Origin: an uncultured delta proteobacterium
GTDB taxonomy: Bacteria > Desulfobacterota > Desulfuromonadia > Geobacterales > Pseudopelobacteraceae
Length of the DNA: 64,000 nucleotides
Reading direction: 5' to 3'
Assembly: GCA_963772835.1 (NCBI GenBank)
Contig: CAVYYZ010000002.1
Span: 384,001 to 448,000, forward strand
Part shown: positions 1 through 6,901 of the stretch, piece after piece
Layout: every line of letters begins with the position of its first letter
Numbering within the stretch: the first letter of the stretch is position 1
Program-made: the position numbers and the translations under genes
Notes under the pieces: model-generated
Database searches by the model: none
Seen by the model: the letters and a program-made list of their open reading frames with translations, nothing else
What the model was told of the DNA's origin: nothing

Positions 1-2
1 GC

Positions 3-1019
3 TTCAATCACGGCATCATCAGCAAATTCCTGATTCTTACCTTCACCGGCAAGCTCAAGGTATAATGCGAGAGCACGTTCTTTCAAATCCTGCCGATCAA
101 GAGTCTTGGCCAGCCAGAAACGTGCTTCGGATCTGACCAACGGCAGCTGACTGGCGGTTGCTTTGACAAAATGTTTTTCTGCCTGTGTATACTGCCTCAG
201 CCGATAGCGGGCCATACCGGCCCGGAGATCAATCCGGTTTGTAACCGGTTGGGACTGAGAGGCCTCTGGAATCATTTCCAGGGTCTGCAGGGACGTGCGG
301 TACTCTTTCTGTGCATAGAGTGTGGATGCCCGTTTCAGAAGTTCCTCAGTCGTGTACGGAGTAGCCATGACACCTGCCTTTTCTAGCTGCCTGAGCCGTT
401 CCTGTGAGCTGGCGGCCAAAGCCGACGCCGGATTATTAAGCCAGATACCCCGATAGATCAGCAGAGCCCCCCCGGCATCTTTCAGCTCTTCCCGGCATCG
501 CGCTGACTGATAACTTGCGTCAACAGAATCGCCACCCGAAGGATATTTTTCTATAAATGAATGATATGACTTGAGTGATTCTTTGTAGTTACCGGCCTCA
601 TACAAGATATCGGCATTCAGCTTTTCTGAACGACGTACGGCTTTTGAGAAAGGGAATGACGCCAGAATTGAAGCAGCTTTGGCAGACGCTGCCGGATACC
701 GTTTCAATTTCAGAAGCGCCTCTGCCTGGAATAACGCAGCATAATCGGCAATAAGAGGCAGTTTCTGCTCCGCATCGGCAAGAAGCACTGCCGCTTCTTC
801 GAAGTTGTTCATACGCAATGCTGCCATGCCGCGGACGAAAGTACGATGCGTCTGATCCGAAGATTTGCCGGCTGACGCATAGGCGGCTCCATAATCTTTT
901 TCGCGGTACTGGGCGGCGGCACGATTCAAATTGTCATCGGCAGGTGACGAAAACGTGGGGGACACACACACACTGATTATGACTAAAGCCAGTAGAACCG
1001 GCTTGAAACAATGTGACAT
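3..1019 (-). CDS. TPR-rich periplasmic protein, probably the N-terminal part of a soluble lytic transglycosylase; runs off the left edge
   Basis: Missing from the ORF track. ATG at 1019 with AGGA upstream, signal peptide MSHCFKPVLLALVIISVCVS, and helical TPR-like repeats. The frame is open to the window edge. The catalytic domain is not visible. Confidence 0.65.
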   Translation of the reverse strand, partial: MSHCFKPVLLALVIISVCVSPTFSSPADDNLNRAAAQYREKDYGAAYASAGKSSDQTHRTFVRGMAALRMNNFEEAAVLLADAEQKLPLIADYAALFQAEALLKLKRYPAASAKAASILASFPFSKAVRRSEKLNADILYEAGNYKESLKSYHSFIEKYPSGGDSVDASYQSARCREELKDAGGALLIYRGIWLNNPASALAASSQERLRQLEKAGVMATPYTTEELLKRASTLYAQKEYRTSLQTLEMIPEASQSQPVTNRIDLRAGMARYRLRQYTQAEKHFVKATASQLPLVRSEARFWLAKTLDRQDLKERALALYLELAGEGKNQEFADDAVIE

Positions 1020-1035
1020 ACAATCTTCCTTTCAT

Positions 1036-1064
1036 AAAAAAAGCCGTGAGCTTCTGCTCATGGC
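1036..1064 (-). terminator. intrinsic terminator
   Basis: GCCGTGAGC-TTCT-GCTCATGGC hairpin next to an A7 run (U-tract on the minus strand), downstream of the 1107-1643 gene. Confidence 0.6.
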
Positions 1065-1106
1065 CGAAATAGATGAGTACTGGCGACCGGCAGCGTACTT
1101 ATAACA

Positions 1107-1643
1107 TCATGGTGTCAGCTTCCTGATGACCGCTTCAGCCAGATCCTGAGCCAGTTTTTTACCGAGACGCTCCTTCTCTACTGCTACATCGCCACGATCA
1201 TGATCGAAATAGTGCTCAACCGGAACAAAAACTTCGAACGTCGGGGAATTCTTGCCCGGTTCATACAGGTATATCCTCGATTTAACCTTCATGTCAGTTG
1301 AACAACAGCCGGATTTCTCCACATACCCCCAGATATCTCCCGAAATATAAACCTGCTTGTTCAGCCAGACCGGTTCGACTTCTTTCAACTCCTCTTTCAG
1401 GATTACAAACCGGCCCACCTTTGTCTGTTTTCTACGGGAATTCAGTATATCAACAAACTGGTTAAAAATCGGATCTCCAAAATCGGGAGGAACGAGAGTT
1501 GCGTCAAACGGCACAATATATACAGATTTTCGCTCCAGCTGTGGGTCGAGAACGGCATATTCTTTCGTCACAGAAACCTCGGCGCAGCCGGACAGCAGCA
1601 TACATGCTGCAAATAGGAGCAAAACAAGCCGACAGGACTTCAC
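1107..1643 (-). CDS. hypothetical lipoprotein
   Basis: 178 aa, lipobox LLSGC. The start overlaps the stop of the upstream DUF507 gene. Confidence 0.8.
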   Translation of the reverse strand: MKSCRLVLLLFAACMLLSGCAEVSVTKEYAVLDPQLERKSVYIVPFDATLVPPDFGDPIFNQFVDILNSRRKQTKVGRFVILKEELKEVEPVWLNKQVYISGDIWGYVEKSGCCSTDMKVKSRIYLYEPGKNSPTFEVFVPVEHYFDHDRGDVAVEKERLGKKLAQDLAEAVIRKLTP

Positions 1644-1900
1644 AGATTTCTCCGTGACATTTCGTCATGGTAGAACTTCTGATAGAGGACATCGTAATCC
1701 CGACTGCCGGGCGCCTTGTTGCGAAGTTTAGCCTTGACCGCTTCTTCAATTTCTTCCACAGAACCAAAAAAGGCTTCCAGAGTTTGTTTGACCCGCCTCA
1801 GCACCCGACTGTCATCAGAGACGTCTGCCAAATCGTCCCGCCAGATGCAGGTGATTATTTCATGGGCCATCGTTGAAATGCGGTCTTCTGATAACGACAT
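1640..1900 (-). CDS. DUF507-family protein
   Basis: MSLSEDRISTMAHEI...PGSRDYDVLYQKFY, typical of the second gene of the DUF507 pair. RBS AGGGG. Confidence 0.75.
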   Translation of the reverse strand: MSLSEDRISTMAHEIITCIWRDDLADVSDDSRVLRRVKQTLEAFFGSVEEIEEAVKAKLRNKAPGSRDYDVLYQKFYHDEMSRRNL

Positions 1901-1910
1901 GTTCACCCCT

Positions 1911-2198
1911 TTAGAGGACTATCTTACGTTCCTTGGCCAGCTTGTCCTTGACCATCTTCAGCATTCTGCGGCGGTCTATCTGGGCGGCACCGCTTCCCAT
2001 GGCATCAAGAGTTTCATCCAGCAGCTTCTCCGCATCCCGTTCCAGCTTCTGCTCGGCTGCGAAGTTTTGCGAAATTGCGCGGACGATCCCCGCAACAACC
2101 GCTCCGCGTTCACCGCGCGGAGTTATCAGGTTCTCTGCCGCCAGGTCATTGTATACCTTTTCTGCCAATCCGCGTATTTGTTCTTCTTTTAGTCGCAT
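1911..2198 (-). CDS. DUF507-family protein
   Basis: MRLKEEQI...RRMLKMVKDKLAKERKIVL, typical of DUF507. Confidence 0.8.
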   Translation of the reverse strand: MRLKEEQIRGLAEKVYNDLAAENLITPRGERGAVVAGIVRAISQNFAAEQKLERDAEKLLDETLDAMGSGAAQIDRRRMLKMVKDKLAKERKIVL

Positions 2199-2210
2199 GG
2201 AGCCTCAAAT

Positions 2211-2237
2211 AAAAAAGGCCTGCTATCCGGCAGGCCT
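2211..2237 (-). terminator. terminator-like hairpin in the DUF507 leader
   Basis: AGGCCTGC-N6-GCAGGCCT stem followed by a U-tract on the minus strand, 12 nt before the ATG at 2198. Confidence 0.6.
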
Positions 2238-2359
2238 CATCGATGGGATGATGTTACTTTTTTCCGGCGGATATCCATGAGAAAAGTGGACTTATTGTAC
2301 TCAATATGCGTAGAATTGCAATCCATAAAGTTCACAGCATTTGCCCGGAGACCTTAATC

Positions 2360-3035
2360 ATGCAACGTAAAGCGGTAGTTTTGTATAGCAGCGGACTTGA
2401 CTCAACAACCTGTATGGCAATCGCCAGAGCGGAGGGATTTATCCCTTACGCCATCAGTTTTTCCTACGGCCAGCGACACAGCTTCGAACTGTCGGTTGCG
2501 CGGCAGAATGCCAAAAGGATAGGTGCAGAGGAACATCTGGTGGTCGATTTTGATCTTCGTCTCATGGGCGGCAGCGCCCTGACAGCTGATATAGAGGTAC
2601 CGAAAGACGGCATCGGTTCTGATATACCGGTCACCTACGTGCCGGCCCGCAACACAATTTTTCTCTCATTTGCCCTCGGCTGGGCCGAAGTACTCGGTGC
2701 TTCCGATATCTTTATCGGCGTCAACGCCCTCGATTACTCCGGTTATCCCGACTGTCGGCCTGAGTACATTCAGGCGTATGAGAAGATGGCAAATCTTGCG
2801 ACAAGGGCAGGTGTTGAAGGGACATCGAAGTTCAAAGTGCATGCTCCGCTGATCGACATGAGCAAGGCAGATATCATCCTGCGCGGAATGGAGTTGGGAG
2901 TGGATTACGCCTTGACTCATTCCTGCTACGATCCGACCCCGGACGGGCTCTCATGCGGCCGGTGCGACTCCTGCCGTCTGCGCCTGAAAGGGTTTTGCCG
3001 AGGCGGGGTTGAGCGACCCGCTCAGGTATGTGTAG
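2360..3035 (+). CDS. queC: 7-cyano-7-deazaguanine synthase, with a one-base frame break near 2990-2996
   Basis: SSGLDS loop, [14 protein letters not shown] and CGRCDSC motifs. Removing one base in GGGTTTT restores the usual [15 protein letters not shown] ending (TAG at 3033-3035). Confidence 0.95.
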
Positions 3036-3216
3036 AGCTTGATATTTTCATAGCCGGAAGATCACCATAACATGTTCACATTGTCCGGTTAATCAGGTCT
3101 CTTCGTGGTGACTTTCGGTACCTCCTGTTGCTTTAATCGGTAATTCAGTTGCTATTTATCTGGCTGCACTGTATATGGGATTTGTTTTTTTAATTTAATG
3201 GATGTTCATCTTGAGG

Positions 3217-3297
3217 GGGCGTTGAAGCATGGATCACAGCGCCCGACAAAGATCCGAAACCACTCACACCGGCAGCCAGCTGATGGGTGGTTTTTTT
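3217..3297 (+). promoter_or_regulatory. putative structured leader: H-type pseudoknot plus intrinsic terminator
   Basis: P1 GGGCGTTG/CAGCGCCC (3217-3224/3237-3244). Loop GGATC (3231-3235) is complementary to GATCC (3251-3255). Then a CCACTCA/TGGGTGG stem and T7. Confidence 0.45.
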
Positions 3298-3321
3298 GTT
3301 ATCTTTCCATGAGGTAATGCC

Positions 3322-3675
3322 ATGCTAAAGGATATGAAAGCGCACACCCACCTGAAGCCGGGGCAGAAAGGTACCAGGAGATTGGTGGAGCAGTTCGGAG
3401 ACAAGCTGCTATGTGTGAGGTATCGGTACGACGAGATTCGACAGGTCGGAATGAAGACTGTCGAAATTATAGTGGATGAACGACCGTGCAAGCCACCCGT
3501 GCGGTATCGAGACCAGGACATTGTTGCCGTGATGGTGCAGTTTACCGGGCATGCGATTCGGGGCAAGCTGAAGGCAGCGCATGGGCGTTGGGATCCTGAA
3601 GAAAAACTCTGGCGGGTTGCTTTTGGCGCAATCCGGGGCGATGCAGAATTGGAAGAGCGGATTTTGCCGGACTAG
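3322..3675 (+). CDS. hypothetical protein (LKPGQKGT...CVRYRYD type) with a DUF5710-like C-terminus
   Basis: 117 aa, RBS GAGGT. The C-terminal KLKAAHGRWDPEEKLW resembles the AKxxGARWDxxxKxW signature of DUF5710. Confidence 0.75.
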   Translation: MLKDMKAHTHLKPGQKGTRRLVEQFGDKLLCVRYRYDEIRQVGMKTVEIIVDERPCKPPVRYRDQDIVAVMVQFTGHAIRGKLKAAHGRWDPEEKLWRVAFGAIRGDAELEERILPD

Positions 3676-3690
3676 CAGCGAGCAGTTTTG

Positions 3691-3835
3691 CAATAAGTTA
3701 CCTATATAAGTAACTTATTGATAACAGATTGAGACAGAAAAAACCGGCAAAAGCTGCTTATATAAGCAACCACAATGTTCCCTATATAGGTAGCCAATTA
3801 CTTATATAAGGAACATGTTCCTTATATACGGAAAC
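3691..3835. repeat. array of five 18-bp palindromes, consensus GTTNCYTATATARGNAAC
   Basis: Copies start at 3697, 3753, 3777, 3797 and 3817. The first lies within perfect 11-bp inverted arms (3691-3720). Confidence 0.9.
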
Positions 3836-3848
3836 CGGTGATTAACGA

Positions 3849-3855
3849 GTTATAC
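3849..3855 (+). mobile_element. first cassette core site (putative attI R site) GTTATAC
   Basis: Exact reverse complement of the R'' site GTATAAC (4954-4960) that closes cassette 1. Confidence 0.65.
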
Positions 3856-3883
3856 CACCAAAAGAAAGAGGAGGATTAACGGC

Positions 3884-4435
3884 ATGAAAAAATCAAACAG
3901 AAGTACAATTGGGCGAATCAGTAGTTTAGTAGCACTCTTGATTGTTGCATTAATTATGGCAGGTTGCGCTTCTGCACCCGTGCCACGCCCTGTGCTCACA
4001 GACATACCACCATTGGAGAATGGGTTGAGCCGAGTGAAGATAACCTCTGGAAAATTAAGTTGGGCAAGGTTGTGGACGACTGAACAACTCGGCCCTGTCT
4101 TTGTCAATGGCCAGTCTGTGTGGGATGCGGCTAAAGATGAATATGCCATAATCGATTTATCTCCAGGTACATATGATCTCTCTTGGACTCCAAGAGCTTC
4201 AGATAAAATTTACACCGAAAAACGTCCATTCACTTTCAGAGCAGGTGAAACTCGGCACTTCGCTTGTGACATGGATACCAAAGGTGCTGGTATGTATTTT
4301 GGATTAGTTGGCGCACTAGCCTCCGATTATCTCTATAAAACATATTTGGAAGAACGACCAATGGACAACCCAGACAGCATCCCAGTCACATACAGGCGAT
4401 TCAATAACTCGTTATCCCCATCACCCAATAAATAA
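3884..4435 (+). CDS. cassette-borne lipoprotein (DUF2846-like)
   Basis: RBS GAGGAGG, lipobox IMAGC, beta-rich VFVNGQ...LSPGTY pattern. AT-richer than the flanking genes. Confidence 0.75.
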   Translation: MKKSNRSTIGRISSLVALLIVALIMAGCASAPVPRPVLTDIPPLENGLSRVKITSGKLSWARLWTTEQLGPVFVNGQSVWDAAKDEYAIIDLSPGTYDLSWTPRASDKIYTEKRPFTFRAGETRHFACDMDTKGAGMYFGLVGALASDYLYKTYLEERPMDNPDSIPVTYRRFNNSLSPSPNK

Positions 4436-4467
4436 AAACATCGCACTGAATAGAGGAGAAAACCAAA

Positions 4468-4689
4468 ATGATCACAATTACTGACGATGTAAAAGCCTGC
4501 GTAGCCGAACTATCCGCAGCCGTTGAAGAAGAAGAAAAAGCGATCAAAGTATTGTCGGAGCTGGCTGCAAGCGGCTGCAAGGACAATGAGTTGCTTAATT
4601 CGAAAATTAAAGAAATGACGGCTGCGCATAATAGAAAAATGGACCTCATGGAGAGGAAGGAAAGTTTTCATAAAGCCAATCAGAGTTAA
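4468..4689 (+). CDS. small helical hypothetical protein (cassette 1)
   Basis: 73 aa, RBS GAGGAG. Confidence 0.6.
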   Translation: MITITDDVKACVAELSAAVEEEEKAIKVLSELAASGCKDNELLNSKIKEMTAAHNRKMDLMERKESFHKANQS

Positions 4690-4879
4690 CCAAATCATAG
4701 AGTGGTTTTGCACTTGCCAATAATTCTGCCTGTAATGCGGCGATTCTTGCTGTTTCTTCAGAGGCTACTACACCATGAGTATCGACAATAATAATGGGGT
4801 CAAGCGTGAGCCTAAGATTGTCCTCGTGTGCTTTGTTGACAGCATCTCGTAGAGTTTTACCGGTTTCGTTTAATCTCAT
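4646..4879 (-). CDS. small hypothetical protein, antisense within cassette 1
   Basis: 77 aa, strong RBS GGAGG before the ATG. Its 3' end overlaps 4468-4689. Confidence 0.5.
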   Translation of the reverse strand: MRLNETGKTLRDAVNKAHEDNLRLTLDPIIIVDTHGVVASEETARIAALQAELLASAKPLYDLVNSDWLYENFPSSP

Positions 4880-4953
4880 TTCATCCTCCTGATCTCACCC
4901 GAGAGGGTGGCCAAGTGATGAGGTTACACTAGCCTTTAAAACGAAAAAGACAA

Positions 4954-5012
4954 GTATAACCAACGCCTTGCACCGGCCTGAAAACCGCCGGTGAAGGCTC
5001 ACCACGTTAGTC
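4954..5012 (+). mobile_element. integron attC site 1 (59 bp)
   Basis: R'' GTATAAC, L'' arm GCCTT(G)CACCGG pairing with L' arm CCGGTGAAGGC with one extrahelical base, R' GTTAGTC. Confidence 0.85.
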
Positions 5013-5041
5013 AGATGAATGAAATCCAGAGGTGTATGTCG

Positions 5042-5668
5042 ATGCGCACGCTGACAAACAACTCCTTAGCAGAAAAATTACTATTCCTGCCAGGGGCATC
5101 AGGGAATACCCAATTCTGGAAGCCCGTAAGCGATGGCTTGCATCATCCGGGTCAACGCGAGTTCTTTGCCTGGCCGGGTTTTGGTGGAGTGCCTCCGGAA
5201 TCAGACGTGAATAGCATTGATGATCTGGTTGAGCGAGTTTCGGCATCGATTTCAGTTCCAGTTGATTTGCTTGCCCAATCAATGGGTGGCATCATCGCAA
5301 TACGTGCTGCTCTTCAGAAACCCGCCTTGGTCAAACACATGGTACTGTCTGTCACATCTGGAGGGCTTGACGTTGCGTCCTTAGGGGCCACGGATTGGCG
5401 GCACACATTTCGGGAGCTTAATTCAACACTACCCAGTTGGTTTGAAAATGAGAGAGTTGACTTGACCACTAGGCTTGGAGAGCTTCCATTTCCTGTCCTG
5501 TTGCTCTGGGGAGATGCGGACCCGATAAGTCCTGTCGCGGTCGGACGGCGGCTTGCTGAATTACTTCCGAGAGCAGAACTTGTCATAGTCAAAAACGGAA
5601 CACATGATCTCGTCTCCGATCGCACAAATGAAATAATCCCCTACATCGAAAAGCACCTTGCTTTATGA
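5042..5668 (+). CDS. alpha/beta hydrolase (cassette 2)
   Basis: LFLPG oxyanion motif, AQSMGG nucleophile elbow, WGDAD and GTH. RBS GAGGTG. Confidence 0.9.
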   Translation: MRTLTNNSLAEKLLFLPGASGNTQFWKPVSDGLHHPGQREFFAWPGFGGVPPESDVNSIDDLVERVSASISVPVDLLAQSMGGIIAIRAALQKPALVKHMVLSVTSGGLDVASLGATDWRHTFRELNSTLPSWFENERVDLTTRLGELPFPVLLLWGDADPISPVAVGRRLAELLPRAELVIVKNGTHDLVSDRTNEIIPYIEKHLAL

Positions 5669-5686
5669 GCAGTTCAATAACAGAGC

Positions 5687-5750
5687 GGCTAACACGCGCC
5701 TGCACGTGCCCGCAAAGGCCCGCGTCACGTGAGGCGCTGAACCGCTGGAA
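5687..5750 (+). mobile_element. integron attC site 2 (R' reads GCTGGAA)
   Basis: R'' GGCTAAC, arms GCGCCT(G)CACGTG / CACGTGAGGCGC. Begins shortly after the hydrolase stop codon. Confidence 0.75.
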
Positions 5751-5784
5751 AATTAATCGGATAATTACAGAGGCAAGTGAAAGC

Positions 5785-5987
5785 ATGAAACTGAACATAA
5801 TTATTTCAGCTATTTTTTAATTTTTGGGTTTGTGGCGGCAACACAATATTATTCAGAAGGTTTTGTTTCAGGAAAAAGTGGTTACAAAATATACGGTTAC
5901 CCGGCATTGATAATAATCATACTATTTGTTGGTATAGGGGCATTTGGCATTTATTATTCATATAGGAATTTACGCCGTAAGCAGTGA
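5785..5987 (+). CDS. small two-TM membrane protein with a frame break in a T-run (cassette 3)
   Basis: Adding one T at 5813-5818 gives MKLNIIISAIFLIFGFVAATQYYSEGFVSGKSGYKIYGYPALIIIILFVGIGAFGIYYSYRNLRRKQ*. Confidence 0.5.
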
Positions 5988-6039
5988 TACGCCGTAGTCA
6001 TTGATTTTGAACACAGAAAACTATCTTGGTGAACAAATC

Positions 6040-6342
6040 CTATGCAGCCATCAAAAGTGGCTGTACTTGTTGCATCCTCTGTACCATCGCTTTTTGAGCG
6101 GTCTTAAGGTCATAGCTGGTTTGCAAGTTCATCCAGTAGTTAGGTGTCTGACCGAATACTTTGCCGAAAAGAACAGCCAGCTCTGCAGTAACAGGCCGCG
6201 AGCCTTTGATAACATGAGATATTCGCATGGGTGAAACGCCAATTGCATGAGCAAAAGCATTTTGCGACATGCCAAGTTCATCAAGTATTTCCTTCAGGAA
6301 TATTCCGGGATGAATAGGGGGAAGCCCGTTTTTGATAGCCAT
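6040..6342 (-). CDS. higA: HigA-family antitoxin (HTH)
   Basis: PIHPGIFLKE...WMNLQTSYDL signature. Confidence 0.93.
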   Translation of the reverse strand: MAIKNGLPPIHPGIFLKEILDELGMSQNAFAHAIGVSPMRISHVIKGSRPVTAELAVLFGKVFGQTPNYWMNLQTSYDLKTAQKAMVQRMQQVQPLLMAA

Positions 6343-6352
6343 AATGTTTCTC

Positions 6353-6634
6353 CTAATGGTAGTCGGTTATTTCAACTTCGGATGCTTCACCGTTGACAAA
6401 TCGAAAGCATATTCGCCACTGGTCATTAATCCTGATACTCCACTGCCCCGCCCTATCACCGGAAAGAGTTTCAAGGCGGTTGGACGGAGGTGTCAGCAAA
6501 TCCGTAGCTTCGCATGCACTGTCTAATTGCGTCAAACGCATGATCGAACGGGCGATGATTTCCGGAGGAAGTTTTTTAGACTTCCCTGTCGTAAAGAGTT
6601 TTTCAGTTTCTTTGTTTGCGAATGACGAAATCAT
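6353..6634 (-). CDS. higB: HigB-family (RelE/ParE superfamily) toxin
   Basis: MISSFANKETE...PPSNRLETLSGDRAGQWSIRINDQWRICF...DYH. Toxin-first gene order. Confidence 0.93.
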   Translation of the reverse strand: MISSFANKETEKLFTTGKSKKLPPEIIARSIMRLTQLDSACEATDLLTPPSNRLETLSGDRAGQWSIRINDQWRICFRFVNGEASEVEITDYH

Positions 6635-6640
6635 GAACAC

Positions 6641-6669
6641 AATATAAACAATTTGTTTACGCAGGTCAA
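6641..6669 (-). promoter_or_regulatory. higBA sigma70-type promoter with palindromic operator
   Basis: TTGACC-17 bp-TATATT, with the ATG 6 nt downstream. Operator TAAACA-ATT-TGTTTA at 6645-6659. Confidence 0.75.
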
Positions 6670-6709
6670 GTCCTAAAGAAAATGAAACAGAGTGTGAGGA
6701 ATACCGAAC

Positions 6710-6779
6710 TTCCAACTAGCGGCACGACCCGACCGCCCGAAGAACCGGTCGGACGGGTCAGCCTTATGAACCGCTGAAC
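6710..6779 (+). mobile_element. integron attC site 3 (degenerate; R' reads GCTGAAC)
   Basis: R'' TTCCAAC is complementary to the core at 5744 except at position 2. Arms GGCACGACCCG / CGGGTCAGCC. Confidence 0.65.
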
Positions 6780-6845
6780 ATAAAGAGATTCTGTCATGAT
6801 ATCAAAACTATAGTTCAACCAAGCGCGGCATACTCATATACGTAT

Positions 6846-6879
6846 AAAAAAGGCGCACTCCGCAAAGAGTGCGCCTTTT
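6846..6879. terminator. bidirectional intrinsic terminator downstream of pta
   Basis: AAAAGGCGCACTC-CGCAAA-GAGTGCGCCTTTT. Confidence 0.85.
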
Positions 6880-6901
6880 GTCGTTAATGCAACTATTGGA
6901 G

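Noticed and set aside
2985..3070. queC with an aberrant C-terminus (pseudogene or programmed frameshift)
   Set aside because: One extra base in GGGTTTT explains it, and similar single-base breaks recur across the window, so an assembly indel is more likely.
3250..3290. Hammerhead ribozyme (GAAAC and CTGATG present)
   Set aside because: There is no GUH cleavage triplet or stem III between the motifs, and the core reads CTGATGG rather than CUGANGA.
3036..3320. Remnant of an intI integrase gene
   Set aside because: I could not recognise tyrosine-recombinase motifs here. A tBLASTn search would be needed to exclude a short fragment.
3697..3834. LexA (SOS) boxes
   Set aside because: The motif is GTT-N12-AAC. 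It fits neither CTGT-N8-ACAG nor, as I recall it, the shorter-spaced GGTT...ACC Geobacter box. Not fully excluded without a motif comparison.
3691..3835. CRISPR array
   Set aside because: The units are 18 bp and degenerate, mostly separated by only 2-6 bp, and there are no cas genes.
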